Below are positions 37,582-47,535 of a stretch of DNA of 64,000 bases, piece after piece. The DNA is from Candidatus Hadarchaeota archaeon (GTDB taxonomy: Archaea; CAYQAE01; CAYVLA01). The stretch is taken from assembly GCA_964621445.1 (NCBI GenBank), contig CAZUNO010000016.1, forward strand, positions 8,929 to 72,928. The letters are read 5' to 3'. The notes under the pieces are model-generated. The model made no database searches. It was not told the DNA's origin and saw only the letters and a list, made by a program, of their open reading frames with translations. Each line of letters opens with the position of its first letter. Positions within the stretch are counted from its first letter, which is position 1. The position numbers were made by a program, and so were the translations under genes.

Positions 37582-39199
37582 CTCTTTTTCCTCCTTTTCG
37601 CTTCTCCGTATGGAAAAGCCTGTTGATGGCCTCTATCATGGCCTCAACGCTTGCCATTACTATGTCTGTGCTAACTCCTCTAGCCGTTGTCAGGTTTCCC
37701 TGTTCATCTTGGACCTTAACTGTAACCTCGGCGACGGCATCGCTGCCTCCGGTTATGGCCTCCAGCCGGTACTCCATGAGTTCGACCTTGGCCGACTCTC
37801 TCACCACGTTCTTTATGGTCTTGATAGCGGCATCCACCGGGCCGTCACCTATGTTGGAGCCGGATACCGGTTTCCCATGGAGGTTTAGCGACAGGGAGGC
37901 GGTGGGGATGGTTCGATCCCCGGTAACCACGGTTAGATTGCCGAGCTCCAGGGCACGTTTCTCCTCCGGTACCCTGCCTATAACCGCTTCGGCGATGGCC
38001 ATTAGATCGGCCTCGGTGATCTTCTTACCCATGTCACCTATTTTCTTGACCCTGCGGGAGATCTCGGAGATCTGCTTCTCGTCGCCATATATGCCCAGTT
38101 CCCTTAATTTTGCAGATATGGCATGAACGCCGGTATGCTTTCCCAGCACTATCCTCCGTTTGCTTCCAACCGTCTCGGGAGTGAGGGCCTCGTATGTGGA
38201 GGCCGAGCCGAGTATTCCGTGGACGTGTATGCCGGATTCGTGGGCAAATGCGTTTTCCCCCACGATTGCCTTGTTGGGCTGGACGGGGACCCCAGTAAGG
38301 CGGGATACCAACTGGGAGGTGGGGCATATCCTCTCGGTCACCACCCCGGTAGTGATGCCATAAAAGGAGTGAAGGGACATGACAACCTCCTCCAGAGAGG
38401 CATTGCCCGCCCTCTCTCCCAGCCCATTGACGGTAACGTGCGCCTGCTGGCCTCCGTTCTCGATGGAGACCACGGTATTGGCAACCGCTAGGCCGAAGTC
38501 GTTATGGCAATGGACCGAGATGGGTATGCTGATCTCGTGGTTCAGACTTTCCACCAAACTGCCCATGGACCTGGGTATCATGACCCCGACCGTGTCGGGA
38601 ACGTTAATCCTGTCAGCGCCCGACTCCTCTGCGGTCTTGAATACCCTGATCAGAAATTCGATCCCGGTTCTGGTGGCGTCCTCTGCAGAGAATTCCACGG
38701 TCACCCCATGGTCCTTGGCATAGGCAATGCCGTTTCCTGCCTTCTCTAGGGCCTCCTCCCTGGTCATCTTAAGCTTGTGCTTTAGATGAATATCCGAGGT
38801 AGCTATGAAGGAGTGGATACAGTCAACGCCGGCGTCCAGGCCGAGATCTATATCCTTGGTGCTCGATCTGGCCAACGCACACACCTCGGATTTCAGGCCC
38901 AGGGATGATATCTCCCTGAAGGCCTCCAACTCTCCCTCCGAGGTTGCCGGAAACCCGGCCTCTATGGTATCCACCCCAAGCTCATCTAGAGCGGTGGCAA
39001 TTCTGATCTTCTCATCCACAGTGAGGGAAACGCCGGGCGTTTGCTCGCCGTCCCTCAGTGTAGTGTCGAATATCCTTACTCTCTCCGGGAGCTTGACGCC
39101 CTGGAGAGACCTTTCGTCATAATCAGAGACGTAGAACCCCGTCCCTCCGCATATTTCATCAATCCTTTGGCAGCCCGCTTTAACCCCGGTAAACGCCAT
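37574..39199 (-). CDS. leuA: 2-isopropylmalate synthase (LeuA/CimA family); start uncertain
   Basis: DTTLRDGEQ, HSFIATS (LeuA-like), PDTVG, HCHNDFG, GERAGN, HESGIH, regulatory domain GPVDA. Citramalate synthase activity is not excluded. Confidence 0.8.
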   Translation of the reverse strand: MAFTGVKAGCQRIDEICGGTGFYVSDYDERSLQGVKLPERVRIFDTTLRDGEQTPGVSLTVDEKIRIATALDELGVDTIEAGFPATSEGELEAFREISSLGLKSEVCALARSSTKDIDLGLDAGVDCIHSFIATSDIHLKHKLKMTREEALEKAGNGIAYAKDHGVTVEFSAEDATRTGIEFLIRVFKTAEESGADRINVPDTVGVMIPRSMGSLVESLNHEISIPISVHCHNDFGLAVANTVVSIENGGQQAHVTVNGLGERAGNASLEEVVMSLHSFYGITTGVVTERICPTSQLVSRLTGVPVQPNKAIVGENAFAHESGIHVHGILGSASTYEALTPETVGSKRRIVLGKHTGVHAISAKLRELGIYGDEKQISEISRRVKKIGDMGKKITEADLMAIAEAVIGRVPEEKRALELGNLTVVTGDRTIPTASLSLNLHGKPVSGSNIGDGPVDAAIKTIKNVVRESAKVELMEYRLEAITGGSDAVAEVTVKVQDEQGNLTTARGVSTDIVMASVEAMIEAINRLFHTEKRKGGKRDA

Positions 39200-39499
39200 T
39201 GGTGGGTTCGTCGTGGCAGACGGGTTGACCGGTCCTTACCTCGTCTCCGTGACCCTTCAAGCGCCAAACGTCCTTCCTACCACTGCTCCGTTCCCGGCCT
39301 GGTGGGGTTCGGAAAGCTAGGATGGTTACAGCCTCCTTCCGGAGACGGCTCCACCTCCGCCAGCCCTGAAGGACGGAGAGTCAACGTTCGGGACTCGGGC
39401 CCTATCTACCACTGCCGAACCGCCCAAGGGTTTCGACCCCGCTTATAGGCGATTTCGGGCTACAGGAGACGCCTAGCCTCCCGCCTAGTCTACTGGGTT
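39183..39499 (-). ncRNA. ffs: archaeal SRP (7S) RNA
   Basis: Alu-domain 5' GACUAGGCGGGAGGCUAGGCGUCUCCUGUAGCCCGAAAUCGCC; helix 6 CUCCGGAAGGAG; helix 8 CCAGGCCGGGAACGGAGCAG; 5'/3' terminal pairing GUAGAC/GUUUAC; about 310 nt. Ends are approximate. Confidence 0.92.
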
Positions 39500-39621
39500 T
39501 GGCCGCTGGCTGCCTCTGTCTTCGGCTCGGCAGCCGTGATCGGCTTCCGTGCCGAGGGACCTACATGAATAATCGGGCTATTAAGTCTTACTTGAAACCG
39601 GGGCGTGGCCTTGCCCGTGGC

Positions 39622-40704
39622 TCAGGACTGCACGGTGAGATTTCCAACCTCTCGCAGGTCCAGTACCTCGGCGACGATGAACACTTTCCGGGTTCGGTTA
39701 ACGCTGAACCTGATTCTAGTTGAGGGCAAATCCTGGGGTATGGTGAGCGAGGAGGTATTGATGACCTCGGATCCCTCGATGGTTTTTCCCGCTACTTTGA
39801 AGGGATAGGTATCGCTCCCGAACACCGATACCTCCAGGGGCGGCCCATCCGGCGACCCTGAATAAAAGCTGACGTTCGTGCCGAATGAGGCCCAGACCTC
39901 CAGGAATGCGGTTTCACCTGGATTCACGGTGTTGTTCAGGACGCGAAGGTTGAAGTATGATCTCTGAAGCACGTCACGACCAAAGGCAGGCGTAAAATAG
40001 GTCTCGATAAAGGCAGCGGAGACCAACATGATTATGACCACCAGGAAGATGGACCATGCCCTCCTGGACCTCAGTATATTTCCCGCCCGTCGGTGAAAAC
40101 TGTCCAGATCCCCCTTCTCAAGGAGATGATTTAGATTCACGGCGTGGGCATATCCCAGCGTGGCAGCCAGGACTACGGCGGGCAGTTCCAGGATTCCATG
40201 GGGCAGGATATATGCAAGGTATATCCAGATGGCCCTTATGTCCAGACCCTGACCGGTGGAGAATAATCCCAGAACCAGGCCATTCATGAACACCACCGCC
40301 AGGGGTAATAGAAAGATGATCAGGGAACGTTCCTTATAGGTTTGGTTGCCCTCGCCCAATAGCCTGTGTATGAGGTCGGTAAACCTCCCGGTGCTGGCCG
40401 GGGTTTGATCCGAGCCCATTGCCCAGCGAACAAGGGCTACCCCGCCAAAGGCGGCGACAAGGGACACGAAGGTATTATTGACTAGCAGGTACATCGCCGT
40501 GACCGCCTCCTCGGTTCCCATGACCGGGGTGAGCGGTCCCTGTATGATTTCCAGGGGCTTGGAGATCCTAAAGTAGAGAGCATCCTGAAGCAGGGCTAGC
40601 AGGGGCTTGAATACCAGGTTGAGGGTCAGGCCGATGATAAGCCCGAGGGCTACGGCGATAAGGAAAACTCTCGCTGGTCGTATGTAACGGCTAATCTGGG
40701 TCAC
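39622..40704 (-). CDS. SpoIIM/DUF95-family membrane protein with C-terminal soluble domain
   Basis: L.NN, F.NG..LG, ILPHGILELPA, AAFIE. Confidence 0.8.
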   Translation of the reverse strand: MTQISRYIRPARVFLIAVALGLIIGLTLNLVFKPLLALLQDALYFRISKPLEIIQGPLTPVMGTEEAVTAMYLLVNNTFVSLVAAFGGVALVRWAMGSDQTPASTGRFTDLIHRLLGEGNQTYKERSLIIFLLPLAVVFMNGLVLGLFSTGQGLDIRAIWIYLAYILPHGILELPAVVLAATLGYAHAVNLNHLLEKGDLDSFHRRAGNILRSRRAWSIFLVVIIMLVSAAFIETYFTPAFGRDVLQRSYFNLRVLNNTVNPGETAFLEVWASFGTNVSFYSGSPDGPPLEVSVFGSDTYPFKVAGKTIEGSEVINTSSLTIPQDLPSTRIRFSVNRTRKVFIVAEVLDLREVGNLTVQS

Positions 40705-40733
40705 ATATATTCACTGCTTAGGTGATGTTGGCG

Positions 40734-41750
40734 CTAATTGTCGATGCCTTTTTGCTCCAGCTCACGTTTAAGGGTATCGGAAAAGGCCTTGGACGCATCC
40801 TCGAATTCGTTGGAAACCTCGATACTCTTCATCTTCTCTTCAATCTCGGAGGTGTCCTCCGCTATGTCCTTCAGGTGTTCCAGAATTTCCCAGGCGACGA
40901 AGGTGCGGTTCTTCTCAATGTCGTCCTCGACTTCCTTCATATAGTATTCGAGCGATTGTTCGTTATTACCCATCTTCTGGTAGCATTCCGCCGCATTTCT
41001 ATATCCGTAGGCTGGCTCGTTGGCGTACTCTGCGTCCTTGAGAAATGCATCGGCCCCTTTCTCTACGTCGCCGGCGCGGACAAATGCCTGCCCGGCCCTT
41101 GAAAATCCATCGGAGTATTCCACATGGGCCCTGTCGGTTTCGGCCTCCGCGTGTTTCAGAAAGTACTCTGCGGATTTCTGGTAGTCCTCGAGCCTGAGGT
41201 AGTTCTCGGCCACCTTCCCGTAGTCCCTAGCTACCCTTATTAGGTGTTTTTTCTTCTCACTTATCTTCGTCGAGCTAAGATAATCATCAATCGCCTTCTG
41301 ATATTCCTTGGCCCTTTCGAAAGCATCCGCGGCCGCTGCATACATATCGCATGCCCGGGTCGTTCGTCTATCATCCTTGGCCTTCTCACCGGCGTTGTGG
41401 TAGTTCTCTCCGGCCTTGGCGTAGTGTTTCTCGGCCTCTTCGGGCATTTTCTCCGCCGCTACCCGATAGCCGTCACCTGCAATGGAGTACCTGGGCACCC
41501 TCTCGGCCGCTTTGGCGTAGTTTAGGGAGTGGGTAACGAAATTATCCGTATCTCCCGTCTCCTTGAACAATGCAGCAGCCCTTCTATACCCGTACATTGC
41601 GTTTTTCGGGTTGTCCTCCTGGTGCTGCTGTGCGAACTCCACCCACTTGGGCGCAGCTTCCTTTGGGGGAAGGCCTGCCGTTTTCCTTTCATATTTCTCC
41701 AGGCTTGGCTTGCTCGACAAAGCGGACTTGATTCCCGATAGAATTCCCAT
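40734..41750 (-). CDS. alpha-SNAP-like TPR/helical-repeat protein
   Basis: Repeats such as ACDMYAAAADAFERAKEYQKAIDDY and AGQAFVRAGDVEKGADAFLK; GGAG SD before ATG 41750. Confidence 0.7.
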   Translation of the reverse strand: MGILSGIKSALSSKPSLEKYERKTAGLPPKEAAPKWVEFAQQHQEDNPKNAMYGYRRAAALFKETGDTDNFVTHSLNYAKAAERVPRYSIAGDGYRVAAEKMPEEAEKHYAKAGENYHNAGEKAKDDRRTTRACDMYAAAADAFERAKEYQKAIDDYLSSTKISEKKKHLIRVARDYGKVAENYLRLEDYQKSAEYFLKHAEAETDRAHVEYSDGFSRAGQAFVRAGDVEKGADAFLKDAEYANEPAYGYRNAAECYQKMGNNEQSLEYYMKEVEDDIEKNRTFVAWEILEHLKDIAEDTSEIEEKMKSIEVSNEFEDASKAFSDTLKRELEQKGIDN

Positions 41751-41752
41751 GT

Positions 41753-42166
41753 TCAGATCTCCTCCCATATATCTTCTTTCAGAAAGGCCGGAAGATCCTC
41801 GACAATTTTAGCATCTGCAACCAGTTGGGCCCTATCCTTGGAGACCTTGTCGTAGACGGACCGGGACTTACTGATAACCTCATCTCGTCCGAATACGTAA
41901 CCCAGACTGTCAACGATGGCCTTGGTCAGGCTGTTGAAGCCGTTTTTCATGACTTCCACATCGGCTGACATGTCCTGGGCAACCAACTCTCCATTCTTGA
42001 CCTCAACCGCCTCCAGGAATCTATGATCTTCTCTGGTGCTTTGGAGCGCTGGCTGGACCAAAACGTCTATTGCTTGCTCACCAATTTTTCCCGAGTAGTT
42101 GGACATGGTCTCGTTCAAAACCGACGAGTAGAAATCGATAATTTCGTCCGTAACTGCCAAATACAA
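41753..42166 (-). CDS. hypothetical acidic protein, co-transcribed with the SNAP-like gene
   Basis: 137-aa ORF, GGAGG SD (start may be TTG 42160), 2-nt gap to the next gene. Confidence 0.75.
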   Translation of the reverse strand: MYLAVTDEIIDFYSSVLNETMSNYSGKIGEQAIDVLVQPALQSTREDHRFLEAVEVKNGELVAQDMSADVEVMKNGFNSLTKAIVDSLGYVFGRDEVISKSRSVYDKVSKDRAQLVADAKIVEDLPAFLKEDIWEEI

Positions 42167-42431
42167 TCCTCCTTTGAGGTTTCCGCGTCCCGAAACTCTC
42201 CTAAGCTTGCCCCGAGGTCGGAACCTTCACAGTGGACCTATTATAGCCGCCCCTTTCGACTGATAAATGTGTTTTTGATGAGACCCTTACTGCGGGATAA
42301 TTAATCCTATGAGGAGCCACATTCCGTTTTCGGGTCCATCAGGAGCCCCTGATTTGCTAGAGGGCGGTAAGGAAGTCGGTTAGACTTTTTAAGAGAGCCC
42401 CCGCTAAATGAAGAAACCAGGGGATTTCTGA

Positions 42432-43835
42432 TTGGACTGGCGTGCATCGTATATGGAGGCCTTGAACCGTTTCGGATCCAACCATCCACTTCCAAGAGGG
42501 GTAGGAGTAGCTTTCAACACCAATATAGATGGGATAATCCATCTCGATGGCCAGCGGATACAGGGCTTAATGTCTCAGAACAGAGAGATATCCGATCAGG
42601 CATTTCATAACCGGTCCCAGGCCCCAGATCAAATTAAGAACCCGGTTGACGTGATGATCGCTCTTCTAAACCTCCTGGAAAGGGGGGCGGGCGGGGAATA
42701 TATGGTTCATGACAGGGATATCTACCAATGGTTGGTTTCAAGCCTTGGCATAGACAGGTTTCGCATGGGGGGAAACGCCGGAATAATGGCCAACGCTCTT
42801 AGCAGGCTGGGGGCAGGGTTCGTGATCCCTCATGCAGTTCAGCTGCCCAGGAAACAGGCCGAGCTTTTCCTGGATGAGGATAATATACTGCTGCCGGTTC
42901 CGGTGGACGGAGATGTGAGCTTCGCCCATCCTGCCCAGGCAGCCCGAGACGATGAGCAACTCGTTCATCTAATTCTCGAGTTCAAGGAGGGCACCAGGAT
43001 ACGTTGGGATGGGGAGGAGTTGCAGTGCCCTAGGAACAACCGTCTAATCATCAACGCCGATCAGTACAATGGGAGGGTGGCGGTGGACCCGGCCTTCGTT
43101 AAGGGGGTTGAACGGAAGGTGCGGGACATGGATAAGTTCATACTTACCGGTCTTCATATGCTTAACAGGGAATACCCGGATGGTTCAACCCATGTTGACC
43201 GGCTTGAAGAGGCTTTGGGGTATATCGAGAACTGGAGGGGAATGAATCCCGATCTAAAGGTCCATTTTGAGCTGGCGGATATTCGGGATGAGGCCATCCG
43301 GGGGGAGGTCCTTAAGCGTACCAGTAGAATTTCGGATTCAATAGGAATGAATGAGGATGAGCTATCCATGATACTCGGCCGTGAAGACCTCTTGGCTGGC
43401 CCGGCATCGATCTTAGAAGCCATGATGGATTTCCAGTCAACATACGGGTTCGCCAAAACCATGCTTCACAGCAAGGACTTCGTGGTATCACTAGTATCCG
43501 AGTATTACGGGGTGAGCCCGTCCGCGGTTGCCGATGCCCAGATGGTGGGCATTGCCTCCTCCCAGAATAGAGCTAACAGCGGCGAGTTCGGATCAGTCGA
43601 GGACCTGGTCAATCTCGTATCATCATCGAGGTTAGCTCTCTCCCGGGCTGGCGAGGAATTGTACCGCCGGTTCAGCGATCTGGGAGATCCGGTTAGAGAG
43701 GGGATATGGAAGCTAGACGGGGGCCCGATTCACGTGGTGATGACTCCCTGCTTGCTCTCCAAGAAAACTCGGAATACGGTTGGATTGGGCGACTGTCTCA
43801 CCGCGGGCTGTGTGATCAGCGAGATAGAGAGGTGA
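42432..43835 (+). CDS. ADP-dependent glucokinase/phosphofructokinase family (glucokinase-like)
   Basis: NTNIDG, RMGGNAGIMAN, HLILEF (His, as in glucokinases), PRNNR, HFELA, GMNEDE, TVGLGD. Confidence 0.9.
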   Translation: MDWRASYMEALNRFGSNHPLPRGVGVAFNTNIDGIIHLDGQRIQGLMSQNREISDQAFHNRSQAPDQIKNPVDVMIALLNLLERGAGGEYMVHDRDIYQWLVSSLGIDRFRMGGNAGIMANALSRLGAGFVIPHAVQLPRKQAELFLDEDNILLPVPVDGDVSFAHPAQAARDDEQLVHLILEFKEGTRIRWDGEELQCPRNNRLIINADQYNGRVAVDPAFVKGVERKVRDMDKFILTGLHMLNREYPDGSTHVDRLEEALGYIENWRGMNPDLKVHFELADIRDEAIRGEVLKRTSRISDSIGMNEDELSMILGREDLLAGPASILEAMMDFQSTYGFAKTMLHSKDFVVSLVSEYYGVSPSAVADAQMVGIASSQNRANSGEFGSVEDLVNLVSSSRLALSRAGEELYRRFSDLGDPVREGIWKLDGGPIHVVMTPCLLSKKTRNTVGLGDCLTAGCVISEIER

Positions 43836-43842
43836 CGTGTAG

Positions 43843-44427
43843 ATGTACCTAGCCATCGGAGGCATAGACGGTTGCGGCAAGAGTACCCTGCGGCGCAGGT
43901 TGGTTAGCCACCTCGATTCCAGGGGGATGGAGGTGGTTGGTTTCTCCGAACCCTATCACCCGTTCGTAAAGGAGTTACTGGAGACAACCGAGAGTGCATG
44001 GACCGATGTCCTCCTTTTCGCCCTCGATCGATGGATGCTAAAGCCAAAGCTGGAATCCTGGATAGAGGAGGACAGGACCCTCATTGCCAGCCGGTCCATC
44101 TACTGCTCGTTGGCCTACCAGGGGGCCCAGGGGCTTTCCTGGGAGGAGATTCTTAATGCCAACAACTGGAAGGAGCTGATCCTTCCCGACGTATTCCTAC
44201 TGGTTGATATAGATCCAAGCACGGCCATGTCCAGGGCTTCGGGAAGGGAAAAATTCGAGAAGAGGGGTTTCCTTAGAAAGGTTAGGAGGGAGTACATGAG
44301 GATCTATAGCTCCCGCGATGAATTTCCCAGCCAAATGCTGTTGGTGGATTCGAGTGGATCCTCCGAGCAGACCTTTAAACGGGCCATGGATTCCCTCCGA
44401 GATTTCCTTCCTCTTGGCGACCGGTAG
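43843..44427 (+). CDS. tmk: thymidylate kinase
   Basis: GIDGCGKST, EP, LLFALDR, SLAYQG, PD, KFE...FL.KVR..Y. Confidence 0.9.
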   Translation: MYLAIGGIDGCGKSTLRRRLVSHLDSRGMEVVGFSEPYHPFVKELLETTESAWTDVLLFALDRWMLKPKLESWIEEDRTLIASRSIYCSLAYQGAQGLSWEEILNANNWKELILPDVFLLVDIDPSTAMSRASGREKFEKRGFLRKVRREYMRIYSSRDEFPSQMLLVDSSGSSEQTFKRAMDSLRDFLPLGDR

Positions 44428-44667
44428 TTGAAGCATTACGCCGGGTTCCCAAGCTCAGAAGTATGTATAATTTGACAGCTGAGGTCAGAACTTTTTGAAT
44501 AGGATGATATATGAGGCGACTTCTCGGCCAGAGTGGGGGCATAAATTCCAGAGATTCCTGGATATTTCAGATAACAAATCTCCGCTTTAGGGAAACGTTT
44601 GGTTGGGGGAACTCAATGTTCCCTTAACATCCCTTATACTACAAATCATCTATCAATTCATAACATC

Positions 44668-44859
44668 ATGGACCATAATATGACCAAGGAAAGTGAAAGG
44701 CGGCTGGCCGGTCTTCACATCACCATATCCAACATAAAGGACAGGGAGGACAGCAAGGTGCCCAGATCTGCGTTGAAGTCCATAGTAGATCGTGTTTCGG
44801 ATGCAATAGAGGAGATAGGTCTCAAGGCACGCGTGGAGGCCTCCGAGAACAGGGGTTGA
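44668..44859 (+). CDS. small hypothetical protein
   Basis: Protein-like 59-63-aa ORF downstream of a CTTATA box; leaderless-like spacing. Confidence 0.5.
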   Translation: MDHNMTKESERRLAGLHITISNIKDREDSKVPRSALKSIVDRVSDAIEEIGLKARVEASENRG

Positions 44860-44866
44860 AATGGCT

Positions 44867-45916
44867 CTATAACTCGCCCAACCGCTCTAGTATGCGGAGA
44901 TAATTACCAGGAATTCCCCCCCTTTCCACCATCCGCCTAAGATGTTCCTCCCTGTGCTCCCTAGCTCTTTCGCTCAAGGAGGATCGATTCGGTTCGAAGT
45001 ACTGGCCGGTTTCATACCTGGCGGTCTCACGGTCCCATTTCTCGGATATGATGCCAAAGAAAGTTGATGAGAGAAATGAAATGGTTGCTAGTACTAATGT
45101 GGGGTTGGCGTATTCCATAAATTGAAGGGATACCCAACCGAGAACGGTAATGGCCAGAAGATAGATGAGGGAACCGGAAAGGGAGGTCAGTATTCGCCTC
45201 CTCTTGGTCTTTTTCCAGGTCTCATCAAAACGTGCGATGAAGTCCTGATCCCCCTCCGGGGGCAGAACCACATCGGCGACGGGTTGAACTGCGGCAATAT
45301 CCCTATTTCGGGTGGAGGGACCGGCCGCAACCAGCCTCTTTCCCTCTCCAGGGGATTCGGTTACATCCTGGATGGCGGTTACCGTGGGCAAAAAGGCCTT
45401 GTTCCCGGTTTCATCTACCAGCCACACGTTATAGATGGTGGACCCAAATCTCCTCCCTCTGGTACGGGTTTCGTATATGTATCCGCTGACCTTGCACATG
45501 GAATCCGTCTCGATATCCCCGAGGGAATCCATCATCGGAACTTCCTCCAGAATGCGGCGTCTCCTTCCATGGGTTAGGTTCATGATGACCAGGCTAGGGA
45601 TTATTCTTAGGAGGGCTAGAAGAACCAACATCCACCAGACCCCATTCACCATGGCCCAGATTCCCCAGAATATGAACAGGAAGGTGAAGGGAACGGAAAT
45701 TAGGTTGGTGAGCCTCCGAAACCGGAAGTAGGAATGCTGGCGTGGAAAATCCAGAAAGACCTCGGGCTCCTCGCTGGGGAATAGGTAGAATACGACCCCG
45801 GACAGGAGAAAGGCAATACCAAGATAGCCTATTTCCGGCCGGGGATATGCAAATAGAGCCATTATACTTACCAGAAGCCCGATAATCGAACCGCGGAGCC
45901 CATATTTCCTAATCAC
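44867..45916 (-). CDS. multi-TM hypothetical protein with central OB-like soluble domain
   Basis: Four TMs, soluble KVSGYI...WLVDETG segment, two TMs. Confidence 0.65.
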   Translation of the reverse strand: MIRKYGLRGSIIGLLVSIMALFAYPRPEIGYLGIAFLLSGVVFYLFPSEEPEVFLDFPRQHSYFRFRRLTNLISVPFTFLFIFWGIWAMVNGVWWMLVLLALLRIIPSLVIMNLTHGRRRRILEEVPMMDSLGDIETDSMCKVSGYIYETRTRGRRFGSTIYNVWLVDETGNKAFLPTVTAIQDVTESPGEGKRLVAAGPSTRNRDIAAVQPVADVVLPPEGDQDFIARFDETWKKTKRRRILTSLSGSLIYLLAITVLGWVSLQFMEYANPTLVLATISFLSSTFFGIISEKWDRETARYETGQYFEPNRSSLSERAREHREEHLRRMVERGGIPGNYLRILERLGEL

Positions 45917-45975
45917 ATATTGGCTTTGGACTGGAGGCTGGTAAGTCTTCCCATTTTAGGGGCAAGAGTTATTTT

Positions 45976-46734
45976 TTGTCCAAATACATCCCATCCGAAA
46001 TGGCTGACAGGGATATCTTCGGGCAGGTGATCGTCCACCATTACGAGGGGAGTCAGGACCGCCCTTGCCTGATAGAAAGGGACGATGGGTTCGTGTGGAG
46101 GGAACCAATGTTACCCTATTTCTGCAGGAGGAAGGATTGGACTCCCGAGGAAAAGTTGTTTCTATCCCATGCCGGATCCCGGATACTTGATGTTGGATGT
46201 GGCCCTGGTCGGCATTTGCTCGATCTCCAGGAGGATTCACTGGCGGTCGGTCTGGATCGTTCCATCAGGGTTTTAAGGGTGTGTCAGGACAGAGGGGGCG
46301 ATAACCTGGTGCTGGCATCCGCAGATAGGTTACCATTCAAGTCTGGGGTATTTGACACCGCGCTCTTCATGAGCAACGGGCTGGGAATATCGGGCGCGAT
46401 GGAGGAGACCAGGGAGATGATATCCGAGGCGGGGAGAGTTCTCTCCCAGGGGGAGGGCAAGCTCATAGCCCATTCCACAGACCCCAGGGATCCTAATTCA
46501 GGCCTGGGTGAGTCCTATATATCAAGAAACCGGGGGAAAGGCAGGGAACCGGGGCTGCTTCGCATCCGCCTGAGGTATGGCGACCTGGCCGGTCCCTGGT
46601 TCGATCTTCTTCTTCTTACGAGAGATGAGGTCAAGGACCTGTTGGCTAAAACTGGTTTCAAACTGGTAAAGGAGGCCGATTGGGGTCCTTCATGGACCGG
46701 TTCCCAACTATATCTAGCCGAAAAACATCGGTAA
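45976..46734 (+). CDS. class I SAM-dependent methyltransferase
   Basis: ILDVGCGPG, GLD, LPFKSGVFD. Confidence 0.88.
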   Translation: MSKYIPSEMADRDIFGQVIVHHYEGSQDRPCLIERDDGFVWREPMLPYFCRRKDWTPEEKLFLSHAGSRILDVGCGPGRHLLDLQEDSLAVGLDRSIRVLRVCQDRGGDNLVLASADRLPFKSGVFDTALFMSNGLGISGAMEETREMISEAGRVLSQGEGKLIAHSTDPRDPNSGLGESYISRNRGKGREPGLLRIRLRYGDLAGPWFDLLLLTRDEVKDLLAKTGFKLVKEADWGPSWTGSQLYLAEKHR

Positions 46735-46855
46735 ACGGAACTTTGTGCAGGATTTTATCCTCGTGAAATGACTTTGAAAAAACCAAGGAGTATGGATAAA
46801 TTAAAAACTTGCCTTGCCTATTCCGGTTAGTAATTTTTCCGGCGAGGTCTTCAAC

Positions 46856-47524
46856 ATGACCAAAGAGGATGAGGATCTGCGTGAGCAGGAGGAACAGGAG
46901 AAGGATGCGGACCGCATCCAGGACCAGGAATCCAGCGAAGAGGAATCCAAGGAGGAGACGGATTCAGCGGAGGGGAAGAGCGAGGAGCCCAGCGAAAAGG
47001 ACCAGAGAATCCAGGAGATAAAGGCAAAGCTCGAGAAAACCCAGTCCGAACTAGAGGAGCAGACCGAGAAGGCAGAGGACCACCTTGAAAGGCTTATGAG
47101 GCTCCAAGCAGAATTTGAGAATTACAGGAAGAGAGTGGAAAGGGAGAAACAGGAATACATCAAGTATGCATCGGAATCAATCGTCAGCGAACTGATCGAT
47201 GTGGCCGAGAACCTGGAGAGAGCCGTCGAGGCCTCTGGCAATAACGGCAAGAACGGTGACCAGGATTCGCTGGTACACGGGGTGGAAATGACCCTTAAAC
47301 AACTGAAGGACATCCTGAGCAAGGAGGGCCTCTCTGCCATAGAGAGCGTCGGAAAACGATTCGATCCAAATTATCATGAAGCGGTTGGTCGGGTGGATAC
47401 CGATGAGGCAGAGAAGGATACCGTCGTTAGGGAGATCGGGAAAGGCTATACCCTCAACTCCAAAGTTATAAGACCGGCTAAGGTACAGGTTTCATCCGGA
47501 AAAAGAAAAGAAGAAGAGGAATAA
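46856..47524 (+). CDS. grpE: nucleotide exchange factor GrpE
   Basis: [38 protein letters not shown]. Confidence 0.96.
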   Translation: MTKEDEDLREQEEQEKDADRIQDQESSEEESKEETDSAEGKSEEPSEKDQRIQEIKAKLEKTQSELEEQTEKAEDHLERLMRLQAEFENYRKRVEREKQEYIKYASESIVSELIDVAENLERAVEASGNNGKNGDQDSLVHGVEMTLKQLKDILSKEGLSAIESVGKRFDPNYHEAVGRVDTDEAEKDTVVREIGKGYTLNSKVIRPAKVQVSSGKRKEEEE

Positions 47525-47535
47525 GAGGTGTTACA

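Noticed and set aside
42275-42352. C/D-box-like TGATGA...TGAGGA...CTGA
   Set aside because: No properly spaced D'/D boxes; the CTGA belongs to a separate hairpin.
44608-44622. NrpR operator
   Set aside because: Spacing is GGAA-N7-TTCC, not N6, and no nitrogen gene is adjacent.
46800-46840. Heat-shock repressor (HSR1/Phr/CIRCE) site before grpE
   Set aside because: Only a GTTAG half-site; no full palindrome.
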